A stretch of 59,114 nt of DNA, the filler included, from Asterionella formosa (taxonomy: Eukaryota): NCBI GenBank assembly GCA_002256025.1. It is 7 parts of 7 records of this genome, joined end to end, with 100 filler letters (N's around TTAATTAATTAA, not from the genome) between each part and the next. Parts side by side here need not be neighbours in the genome. Positions count along the whole stretch, not along the records: positions 42,326 to 50,670 come from NKIB01012274.1; positions 50,771 to 59,114 come from NKIB01012275.1; 5 more parts are not named here. The stretch is one strand, 5' to 3'. Both the position numbers and the translations under genes were made by a program. How positions within the stretch are numbered: position 1 is the first letter of the stretch; the number at the start of each line of letters is the position of its first letter. This document shows positions 48,419 through 59,114 of this stretch, piece by piece. The notes below the pieces were generated by a model, which was given only the letters and a program-made list of their open reading frames with translations, searched no databases and had not been told where the DNA came from.

Positions 48419-48850
48419 GCTGGTACCTGGTACACCTGGTACCTGGTACCATGTAACAAGCAGCGAAGGACACAGGCAGCAAACCAAACTACCAGGTACT
48501 GGTACCGTAGCTAACCAGTACTGCTAGTACCAGGTACCGGTATTGTCACGACAGTACATAAGAACAAGCTGAATACTGTATCATACATACGTAGAGTGAG
48601 GGGGATGCTGCCTGATAGCTACGGTACATGGTACTTGGTACCAGGTACATTGAACATAAGGATAGTACAAGGTAGTCCATATTCTTATGTCTACATCTTT
48701 CACCTGTGTGTACAGTATGTGCAAGTGCAGGTTGTCAAAAACTGTTTGTATGTTTGGCTGTGCAATTGTAAATTTCTCTACCGGTTGCTTCGCACACGGA
48801 GTATGTACCAGGTACCTGGTACTCCGGTCAGGTACGTGGTTACCAAGTGA
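48419..48850. repeat. GTACCWG heptamer repeat cluster
   Basis: Multiple CTGGTACCTGGTAC / GTACCAGGTAC units upstream of the small minus-strand gene. Confidence 0.85.
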
Positions 48851-48933
48851 AGGTCCGGTAAAACACGTTATTAACTTATTAAGCTAAATAACTCGATTTC
48901 CAAGCCTTCCAAGGGTACCAGGGTATCGCCTGG

Positions 48934-50400
48934 TGAAGTATCTAATTATTCTTAGAAGTACAAGTAGGTAGTAGTATTTGCAACTCGTTCTCGTAGGTCG
49001 ACACTGAAGTATTCAATATGTGTTAGTTGAGTTCTCTCCTGATCGAGTTCTGATATAATCCATGAAACCCAAACCCTATAGGTGTAAGTGTAGTTGAGCG
49101 GGATTGCTCAATCTCCCACACTAAGGGAAAACCTTTCACCTATGAAAAGGTTTGATACAACAAATATTAATTTATTCAGAAATATGCAGAGTTCATTGAA
49201 AAGTGACTGTGCAATTGGCATGCACTTGAATAATTGTATTAGGACCTCATCCAGCATGATCATCCAAGGTAGTTGGATTATTCAATAGGATAAGAATCTC
49301 GTTGCGAACTTTGTAATCACAAGACCAATTGAGTTTAGGAGAATCATTTCATATAAAAGAAAATTGACATGCGTGTGAAGAAAAAGAACCTGCTATGCAA
49401 GGTATATATTAATTGTAAATTTTTGATAGTCAGTGAACTGGCTGGTGGAATCAAAAGTAGCAAATAGAGTAACTTCTTTCTCTAATAATCAAGGTAAACT
49501 ATTTGTACTACTAGATGATGTCACAGCCCAGTGACCATTATGAACATTTGATCATCACAATCCTGACTTCCACTTTTCACCTGCCTCTCCAAAGGAAAAC
49601 ATTCCTACTCCCATTCAGATGAGCTCTCATATGTTGGGGAGTAACTTGAGGTACTACCTGCCACTACCAGGCGTTCATGTGTCAAAGATAGGGACCCACC
49701 ACTTTCAAATAACATTTGCATTAGTTCATGCATATGAACAACATCCACCAATCCTGCCTGGGGTTGTTCCTACTAATCACATGGAAATTAAATTCAAATG
49801 AAGCTAATGTATTCTTGGGCAGAAAAACATAAGACCGGGCGGAATTGGGTGTTGATATCATCATGCATGGGATAATATTGAATCCTCTTATGCAATTTAA
49901 ATATCACCTGCATTACAAAACGGCGGTATCAAGAATGAAGTTGTCCTGTAAATAACAAAAGTTATCCAGATGATGAATGACATGAGACAAATTCAATGTT
50001 TTGTCATATATTATATAATAATTGCTATTGTTGCACATACGCGATCTGTTCAACATTCTGCTGGCTTTTTAGGCACAAAGGCCACTAGATGACCAACAGG
50101 AGCGATCGTGACCACTAAAATTTCTTGGGCAGATTCATAAAAGTCGGCAGGTATGGCCTTTGGCACATTATCCTAAACAGACATCATCATAGGGTTAGCC
50201 CATGGATTTGTAGAAAATTTGTATGCAAGAAAAACATGAACTGGGTTAGCTGCGTCAGTATGATAATTCGCTCTGTGTAGAATTTCCACACAAAAGGAAC
50301 AGGAAATGGATAAGTAGTGTTATTATAGTGCTAATATGATAGCTTTAGGGGCCTCATGTTTGACTGTTATTCCACAATTGCATGCATGGCTGACTGTGAT
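48934..50400 (-). mobile_element. Older, internally deleted copy of the Gypsy family (3' LTR 48934-49110, PPT, internal remnants)
   Basis: The reverse strand shows TTAGATACTTCA as LTR end, TGTGGGAGAT|TGAGCAATCC as PPT/LTR junction, the integrase tail (ATCAAACCTTTTCATAGGT) and blocks matching ~300-950 (e.g. GCCATACCTGCCGACTTTTATGAATCTGCCCA). Confidence 0.85.
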
Positions 50401-50670
50401 CACTATAGCATGTCTGCAAATAAAAACCATCATATTTCCATGATGCATCATAGAATTATGATCATCTGATCATAATTTTTCGTTATATCATCATCTAATA
50501 ATTTTGATAAATGCCCTCGTAATTTAAATAGTAACCCTTTTGACTACATCTACAACGCCGATTACTGGTACAGCCGCCACAAAAAAAACGCTAGTCAAAT
50601 ATGATCACCCAAATTAATTATTTGGGTGGCCCAATATGACGAATTTAGCTACGTACATAATTTAAGGGTA

Positions 50671-50770
50671 NNNNNNNNNNNNNNNNNNNNNNNNNNNNNN
50701 NNNNNNNNNNNNNNTTAATTAATTAANNNNNNNNNNNNNNNNNNNNNNNNNNNNNNNNNNNNNNNNNNNN
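50671..50770. other. Artificial contig linker
   Basis: N44-TTAATTAATTAA-N44. Confidence 0.99.
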
Positions 50771-51331
50771 TAAGGAAATAGTGGATTCCTTCTTGCCATT
50801 CCTGTACCCTGACACTTTAAATCTCACGCAAATTTTTCGAAGTACCTTGACAGATATATGTTTTATGTCAATTCCTTTTATATGAATCAATCCCAGCCCA
50901 CTTTCATCCAGAATAAAGTCATCTGGTACTATGAGCGAGTTGACGAACTCATCAATATTGGCTAGCCAACCGGGAAAGGGTTTCCTCTTTTCAGGGGGAC
51001 CAATCTCGTTAATGTCAAGAAGTGTACCAGTAGTTGCAGTTACACTATTTTCGGATGGATCCATCTTGTCAACGTCGAGTGTACCAGCAGTTGGAGGTAT
51101 TTTCATTTCAGGTGGAATACCCTTCTCGTCAATGTCGAGTGTGTCAGCAGTTGGAGGTATTTTAATCTGAGGTGGAGGAACCATCTCGTCAATGTCGGTT
51201 GGATCAGCAGTAGACAACTCAACAATATCTTCGACATCCTCATCAGCGACAACGCATTGATTCTCTTCCGAATCAATGCGAATAGAGGCAGCATCAGAAG
51301 TTTCAGCCGTACCCACTACTTTGCTGCTCAT
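50771..51331 (-). CDS. Transposon-borne ORF of unknown function, 5' part (possible Harbinger accessory protein)
   Basis: Open for 187 codons up to the contig edge. Acidic N-terminus with 20-aa tandem repeats, then FVNSLIVPDDF..IKGI....VKVLRKICVRFKVSGYRNGKK; decayed paralog at ~57650-58140. Confidence 0.6.
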
Positions 51332-51739
51332 TGCGCCAATTAATCGAGATATAGTCGATGTTGGAAGATTGGTATAGAGATGAGCGGACTACTGATTCTT
51401 GTTTGACTCACGAAGCTGAAAGGTAATGTATACAGAGTACCGTAGTATATATATAACAAAAAATAGTTGGCGTAATATTTAATAGTGTTGTGCTTGCGTA
51501 TTTACAGTTATTTTATCAGTGCCAACGGATGTGATACACAGTGATCAGCGGCTGTATCAGTGATACAGCATTGGTCAGGGGTCCAAAAACTGTATCAGTG
51601 ATACACCCATGATACACCGGTGATCAGACCAAAAAAACCGTTGGTGATACACAAAAAGAAACCAAACCGCCATTTTTGTATCATATTTCGGCGATGATAC
51701 ACCAATGACAACAAATAACAGAATGATAAGAACGGCCCT
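50771..51739 (-). mobile_element. One end of a coding TIR DNA transposon related to 6705-7919
   Basis: Terminus GATAAGAACGGCCCT|TA at 51725-51741 (reverse complement AGGGCCGTTCTTATC); same TGATAC/GTATCA subterminal motifs at 51530-51700. Confidence 0.75.
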
Positions 51740-52420
51740 TAAGTAATTTTTAGGCTCTAAGTAATTTTTATTTAGGGGCAATATAGGGCACATCCAATTT
51801 TTCGGCATTAAAATTGCCAATTTTAGGATGACAGCCAGAATAACGGTAAAATACATAGAAATGGTACAACAAGAGCAAAACACACGAGAATGATTGTAAC
51901 ATGCAACATCAATGAAAATTAAACATGATGTTTGGAGCAACCAAAGTATGAAATATGATGTAATAAGTAGCGTCACATGAGAAATAAAAAATATTGTTTT
52001 GGATTAGAAATGGAGTGAAAAATAGTAGTTTCAATGAAGACACCATATGCAGCCATTGTTGTAGCACTTACACAGCAGGCAACAATGACTTTCCATCACA
52101 CCATCGAAGAGCGAAATGAAACAGATAAGAAGAAAAAAGCTCAACCCAATTGAAATCTGCATTGCTGTGATGATGTAGCGTAGATGATCTGGTTGATGCA
52201 ACCATGAACATTGCTGTAGTAGCCTGACCCAACAAGTTGCTTGCAGTCCTTCCGCCCACAGTCGTTCCTCCCATCAAACAGCCAGCAGCCCTGATCATTT
52301 CATTCCAATCCGTTCTGATTGATCGTGATCGTGGTCAGGAAGCTCCAGCACTATCGACTCCCTGTAGCCGAGTATTTATGTAGCTTGTGATATGAACTCG
52401 TAGTAGAAATGTAGCAAAGC

Positions 52421-54694
52421 TGGGGCAGCATGGCATTACCAACCCTCCATGGAGTGGCTCACCAAACTCCACCAAGCTACACGGAATCTATGGAGCTAAA
52501 ATATACAGACAAAACAGTGGAAAATATTTCAGAACATCTCACTTCGCCCAACTATACTGAAATTCAATATTGCTGCTGAGGGAATGATGGCATCACTAAG
52601 CAAACCTCCCATGGACAGTGTTCCATGTGACGTACTAGACAACAAAACATCAGGACTTATTAAATTCAGGCGGAGCTTCATCTACCACCAATGCAGTGAT
52701 CCTGTGGGGGTCGTACAAACATTTCGGTAACACATTGAGAACAGGGGTTAAATGTAGGATCTCTGGACATCTCAACATGACCCCGATGGGGGAAAAAAGG
52801 TTCCACAGACACCTACAGCTGGGTCTTCCATCATGCCAACTTGCCACAGACGGATCAATGGAATCTGATTCTAGATGCTCATTTGGGTGTTGTGTCCAGG
52901 CAAAGGGCGACCGAACCAGGATAGCACCAATCATTGCCATGGGTTCAGGGCCAGTGGATGGGGGCGATCCTCGCCTGAACAGCTCTACACAAGCAGAGTT
53001 ATTTGGCCTTCTTGCGCGCCTCAGCCCTCCAGTTTCTTCAAGAATTTGTAAAATTCCATAACATTGATACTGAGTCCAAAAAGACCATCTGGAGTGATAG
53101 CACAGCCGCTATCGCAAGATTGGATTACCTAGCTATCATGGACGCTTCACCAGGGGAGTCCACCAGCAAATGCAGACATAGTGTCTTTCCTCACTCACCT
53201 CCTTCTTAGTGACCTTGTTTGCTGCAGGGTTCATATTAGATGGGTAAAATCGCACCAGGATAATACCTAGGGTCAGTCCAAACTTTCAATAGCTGCGGCT
53301 CTGAATGTAAAAGCCGACCAGCTGGCTTCGGAATTCCTGAAACAGTGTAAGAATACCTTGACCGGAGGGCAGCAAGACATGTCTGAGCATTTTGAGTGGC
53401 TGGATTCAGGCAAGTCTTTTGGTGAATGGATGCATCCAGGATCCACAGCTCCTCCACTGGTCGGGCAATGCGGGAGCATATCCAGGAAACAAGGTATCAA
53501 ATCTATTTCAGAGCCAAACACAGCAACTTAAGAGAGGCAGGCATGCTGCCAAAATATTGACCACTGGAAAGGATGAAAGGATTCTCTGCGGCTTTTCAGT
53601 CACAACCACAAAAATATAGGATCATAGTCACCAAATATATTCATGGATGGCTCCCAACTAGCGACCGCAGAAATTTCATCCATAACGGAGACTTCTCATC
53701 ATGCCCCCATTGCTCCTTGAAAAAAACAAATGAGCACTTGATACTCTGCAAACACAGGAAAACGGAATACACCAGAAATATGTACCTTACTACTACAATG
53801 CGCTCAAAAATGAATACATCCAAAGTGGGGAAGAATGTCTCTCAAATTTGGCTAGACTACCTGTCCCATATTATCAATACATCGGGACAACCATTTCAGC
53901 TCTGCTGTGCCCCCTGCACTACGGAAAAGACTAGCTAAATCTATTCTCAGGAGGGCAATCAGGCTTCAAGACAAGTTAGGAGTCAAGCTAACGCTGAGAG
54001 GTACCTAAACAAACACTGGGTCAGTGCTGTCCACAGCTCCAGGGATGAACTATCCTCCCTAACTCCAGAAGAATGTTGGCAATGTTCAAAACTGGCCAAC
54101 AACCAAATATCGTCTCTTGTAATTAGAGTGTGGGGAGAGCGAAACGAGAGTTTTCACAAGGGAAAAAATCATACTATTGCACACTCAGATTAAAATGCCA
54201 AAATCACCAGGGTGTATGCCCAGAGGGGAGAGACACCACCATGTACCCGGGACTCCCACTTATTCGCAACAGAAATAAAAATAATGCTGACTTCGAGGCT
54301 GAACAAGAAGAAAAGATTCTTAGAGAGCGCATCCTACATGTTAGCACAATCTAAAGAGTTCGAAAAAACGGGTCAAAGATCATTGCATGATTACTTTGAC
54401 CAAAATACACCAAAGCCAAAGGCGTACATCAAAAATACGGAAGAAAGTATAATAACAAGACGCCCTCAGACACAAGCAAAACTATCTTTCAGGTACATCA
54501 GCTGACACACCGCAAACATCGTTCTAACAAGACCGCGCTATATCACAGATACAAATTTTTTATTTTACAGACTTCCACACGAGGGAGTGACTTCCCATCT
54601 CCACCGCTCCAGCACCTTTCATGGGCCATGGAGCGCAATGAAGATGAACCTAGAAATAGACCAGTAATAATTCGCTATAAAAAAGATCAATATA
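52421..54694 (+). mobile_element. 5'-truncated, degenerate non-LTR retrotransposon (LINE with RNase H; Ambal-like) with a 17-bp TSD
   Basis: RNase H motifs LATDGS, GSGPVDG...SSTQAELFG, WSDSTAAI, WVKSHQD, LNVKADQLA; C-terminal HGWLPT...CPHC...EHLILC and W..RN..FH. Flanked by TAGAAATGTAG(C/G)AAAGC at 52404-52420 and 54695-54711. Confidence 0.88.
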
Positions 54695-57651
54695 TAGAAA
54701 TGTAGGAAAGCGCGTTAGTACAAGAAAAGCATTGATTGGCGGCAATATTGACATCACCATCATGGGAAACGACTATAAAAATCAACAAATATGATCAACA
54801 ACAATACGTCGTCAAAGAGTGGTCATCTATAAATACATTGTACTCGTACTAGCTACGATGGTTGCCCAATGTGGTACTAGCTAGTTTCATGATACACCCA
54901 GCTATAGGGTGGGACATAGTGGATTCTTCGACAGTCCATTTTTAGGTTTGAGCAGCAGGGACCATCGACGAATGACAGGAGAAATTTTTTCAAGGGAATA
55001 TTAGAATCAAAATGCACCAGCCACAGCCATCAAAAGCGCACGGAGCAAATGAAGAATCATTACACAAGAATGGTTGTTACAAAACTCGAGATATTCGACA
55101 TGATGTTTTTAAGCAACCAATGTATGAAATGGAAAATGAAAGGTAAGACTTGACAGTGAAGAACAGCAGGGGTGAGAAAAAAAGTGAAAAACAAAATGGG
55201 TTAATGGAAAATTTGGGTGAAAAATTGGTCAAAGCATGCTCGCTCATTAAAATAAAAATTGTCAATGTACACTTTTTTCTTGTTTTGTCGAAAGGAAAAT
55301 TCAGAAAGGTTCAAAACAGTCCTGGAGGATCAGCACCAACTGATAAAACAATCAGGGTTATGGACCGACTATGACTTGTGGTGGCTGGCACAGGTGTGGA
55401 GGCGAAACAGCTGGATAGTAGTAGGCATTTGGTGCTGGTGGTGCCAATAGCTGCTGGTAGTATCTGGCAGGAGCAGGGTGGCTTGGTATACTATATTTTT
55501 CACTTGAAAGAGAGTCGGATACAGAATCAATATCATTGGAATCATTATCGTCACCCCAAAATTCAAAAGGAAGTAGCTAACATATTATTGTCAGCAATAG
55601 CATGTTTGAGTTCAACTGTATGAATGAATGGCAGGCTTTTCAATGCATAGTAGCTAGGTATGAAATGATATGGGATGGGATGGAAGCAAACTGTTCAAAT
55701 GTGATTACGGAAACAAAACCGACAATAAAATGTTTGCATACATTTGCTCATCACCAGAAGAAAACAAACTGGTTCAACCAGTGGACAGCGATTTCTTGGC
55801 AACATCAGAAAAGGAGCAGTAGCAGGACGGAGTGCTTTCTTTCGAACTTCTAAAGCAAAAGAAATTTTTACTATAATCAGTATAATTGACCATGGCGGGA
55901 ACAAGTCAAACATGACAACAATAATTAACAAGAACATACCTGTCCTCTCTTGCTTGTTAAGTACAAGTTGATGTAGACCGCTGGTTCTCATCATGTTCTG
56001 TCTACTTTACTGAGTTTAAGACAGCGCATTGGGATTGAGGACTTTTCGTTGTCATTGTAGATGATAAAATTAGTAAAAATAATATTGTGATAAGAAAAGA
56101 AAAATGAAACACTACGATTGTAGAGCAGTGGGAAAAAAGCAAAAACATGAGCACTAAAACTTGCTGCTGAGATCTGAGTTGAGATAGCGTAGGACATGTA
56201 GAAATCATGTCAAAGAATGATAATTATATTAAAGACTGATCATATCTGACGAAAATACTGAAATATTGGTGCCACCGCGAAGAAGCAAGAACGATGTGAC
56301 GACATAAATCCCACAAGAAGTCAAATCATCAAACAACCAGCACATCCATTTAATGACGAATCGCTACTTGAATCATCAATGAATACATTTTCTACGAGTC
56401 TGAACATGCTGGATTGCAGCAGGTATGTATCTAGTAGTGGAATTGCTGTCGATGACACCTTACAGAAAATCATCATTTCGTGCCTTCATGTAGTTCATCC
56501 TACTCTCTTCCAATGTTGCCAGTCCATTTTACTTAAGTTAACAGCAGCCCGTTGACCTTGAGAGGCTCTATATATCAGCAATCAATTTCCCTTAAATGCA
56601 CAGCAGTCCATTGCGCCGGCAGGCAAATCAAGGGGATATTTATAATATTGAAGGTAGTTTGGCGGTCCAAAAACGGAGCATGTAAAATACAAAAAATATG
56701 TTTTAGCTATATGAAGGGCAATTGCAGGATTGAGTAATACAAAAGCTGATCATATGAAATCAACAATAAATGTTTTATGTGAAGGGCAATTGGCTAGTTT
56801 GCATCCCACATGCAAACTATTTAAAACCTGGCGCTGCAAGAAGGAAGGTCGACCTGTGAAGGACTCCCAAGTCGAGTACACAAGATTATGATTAGGCAAT
56901 CTCCACCCTTGGTTGTGTCTTGTTACCTTCAGTAGTCTGCAACACATACCGGTAGTCTTTTACTCCTGTTTATTATGACATTACAGATGGTATAAGGGGC
57001 GATCTTAACAAATATACAATTCAATTCTCTTTTTGTATCTTAAAAATCTCGAATCTTTACATAGAGCACATTTCACAAATATATCTCAGTAACGGCAAAA
57101 AAAGTTACCAGCATTGTGTACTTCAATTTTACAACCTGTCTGATGATCATCATTAATCAAATGACATTGAAAAATCGACTGGAAGAACCTGACAGTTGGA
57201 CTGACATTGATACTCTTGATTCAGAACAGGAAATACAAGACAAACAGATTTGTTTTGTGCAGCAGTTTACTTCTCATGGAATCATTTCATTCTTCAGCTA
57301 ACAAAAGTTACTCTGTCCCAAGGAAACTGGATGACCAGTGGGTCGCAAGCACCACTCCTGCTGATTTTTTCATTGACAGCAGAGGAAGATTGACATGTCT
57401 TTTCAATATCCAAAAATACACCTGTAGGGCACTAGTTTTAATGACATAAAAATATTTAAGTTTATTATGGTGTGTGTATCAAAGCAACACCAACCAAAGC
57501 ATTTTGGCGGCAATGGACAGAAACTTTTATCTCTCTTGATTCTTGACAACTTGCCACTGGCTTTCATCGGCCGTTGTTTGTCTCCAAAGAGTTATTGGTG
57601 AAACAGATAAGTCATTGGACTCTCCCTGAGGGTAACAAGTACAGCAGGTAT

Positions 57652-58140
57652 ATGGAAGAAATACAAACAAGGCAAATGGAACCCATCACACAAACACAGA
57701 CGATGAGTATTGAAGCTGTGACCACTATCCACCATGAGAAACCCACCTCCCCCAACAAAACAAGCAATTACTCTTGTTACATATGCTGAAGTTGATATAT
57801 TTGTTGATTCCCTCATAATTCCTGATGACTTTGAGCTTGAGATTGATAGAAACCTACCTGATTTCCATCAAAGGCGTTGCAATGGAGAAGATCTTGGTCA
57901 AGATTTTGCGAAATATTTGCATGAGATACAAAGCTTCTGGATACAAAAATGCGAAGAAGGCTTTCACTGTCAGTTCGATAGTTTGACTGTTGAGGAGAGA
58001 CAGCTTGTCATAGAGATTTTACCCAAGTTTTTTCAATGTAAATGAATTAGACAATTTACGGGATAGAGGTTATGACAATGAAGATGATGGTTTAATTAAT
58101 GATGAGAAAAAAATCAAAGAAGATTGTCACAAGAATGAAG
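57652..58140 (+). pseudogene. Frameshifted paralog of the transposon ORF at 50771-51331
   Basis: VDIFVDSLIIPDDFEL then, after a frameshift, SIKGVAMEKILVKILRNICMRYKASGYKNAKK aligns by eye with IDEFVNSLIVPDDFIL...IKGIDIKHISVKVLRKICVRFKVSGYRNGKK. Confidence 0.7.
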
Positions 58141-58436
58141 TAAATGGCGTCTAAGATGCACATGAGAGTGTGTATCCCCCTTTTCCCCTTATTCCAGTGA
58201 CCACCATCACCATGTTCTCTGTTGGGCTGATAATGGAAAGAAGTATGAGATCAAATAGCACACAACACAAAAGTAAATCAGGATCCAATTTCGACAGGGA
58301 GTGCTACTGAAACAATCCTCAATCTAGTAAAATGAAAGGCAACAGGAAACCCTAAAACAAAATAAAACCTAATGAATTAAAATGATAAGGTCTGATCAGA
58401 ACAACGGTGTTCATAAGAGTACTACTATGTTAATTT

Positions 58437-59114
58437 CTATTCTTCGTCTTCATCCATATCTTGCTCGACTTCTTCTTCCTCTTTCAAAATCAGGGTCTTG
58501 CCAAACAAAGCCTGCCTAGCTTTGGATTCATCAAATGACAGAATTGCTTGTTGAGGAGCTGGCAATAAACTCAAAATGATACCAGGAGGGTTAGCAGCAG
58601 CATAAAATGCTTGCTTCAACCAAATTTTGACTGGGCGAGCTTGTAAGAAAAATGTCAGTGGGGCACCCAATAGCAGCAAGTTTCTTGACACAGCATTTCG
58701 GCCCCCAAAAACACCGAAAAAGATGAACAACAAGAAATTTCGAATGGTCTTCGGCCAGTTCTGGAATTTTTCCAACACATAGAATGAGATTCATGCAAAC
58801 CCTGAACAAAACAACTGAAAAACATTCAGACTTACCACATTGAGATTTAGCTGAATTGATTTTCGTAAATTCATGGTAGTACCTCCGTTGCCCGATCGTA
58901 CTCTCTGACCACGTCTTTCTTCGAAAACGTCGTTTTGGTTGCTGGAGGGAACCTCCATCTCCAAGAGTTGCATGGCTGCTTCTGGCCAACTATCGATCAT
59001 TTGCTTTCGTATTCGCATGGCTTGATGGCGGAGCTCCAACGATAGTGGACCGTCCAGTTGAGGGCTGGAGAATTGTTCTAGTGATTTTGCATTATGGTAC
59101 ATGGCAGCTGCGTT
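58437..59114 (-). CDS. 3' part of a spliced membrane-protein gene of unknown function (exons >59114-58836 and 58760-58437)
   Basis: Phase-0 GTAAGT...TTCCAG intron at 58835-58761 joins ...IQLNLNV to NWPKTIRNFLLFIFFGVFGGR...; hydrophobic segments and an acidic tail. Confidence 0.75.

Noticed and set aside
48101..48487. 128-aa ORF as listed in the ORF track
   Set aside because: Its start lies in GTACCWG repeats and its end reads into an intron; the spliced 90-aa model fits better.

Overview
Eukaryotic, most likely diatom, nuclear DNA (DUF6824 protein, diatom-type LRRs, CoDi-like copia gag, RxL/KxxK secreted protein, short GT-AG introns); the species cannot be assigned. The window is not one locus. 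It is seven unrelated ~8.35-kb contigs (1-8377, 8478-16845, 16946-25309, 25410-33776, 33877-42225, 42326-50670, 50771-59114) joined by artificial N44-TTAATTAATTAA-N44 linkers. Host genes include an ankyrin protein, a probably plastid-targeted PPR protein, a DEK-domain protein, a 4'-phosphopantetheinyl transferase, a UDP-glucuronate 4-epimerase, a DUF6824 protein, a large CxxC-x6-H-x-C protein, an Exo70 3' end, a silaffin-like secreted protein, a small spliced mitochondrial membrane protein and a disrupted ankyrin-kinase. Much of the rest is mobile DNA: four copies of a decayed Ty3/Gypsy LTR family, a DIRS/Ngaro-like element, a 5'-truncated RNase H-bearing LINE, copia remnants and several TIR DNA transposons. 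The two most interesting signals are (i) a 252-bp tRNA-derived SINE-like insertion with a perfect 19-bp target-site duplication and (ii) apparent targeting of the Gypsy family to CCWGG sites beside GTACCWG repeat clusters that sit upstream of genes.
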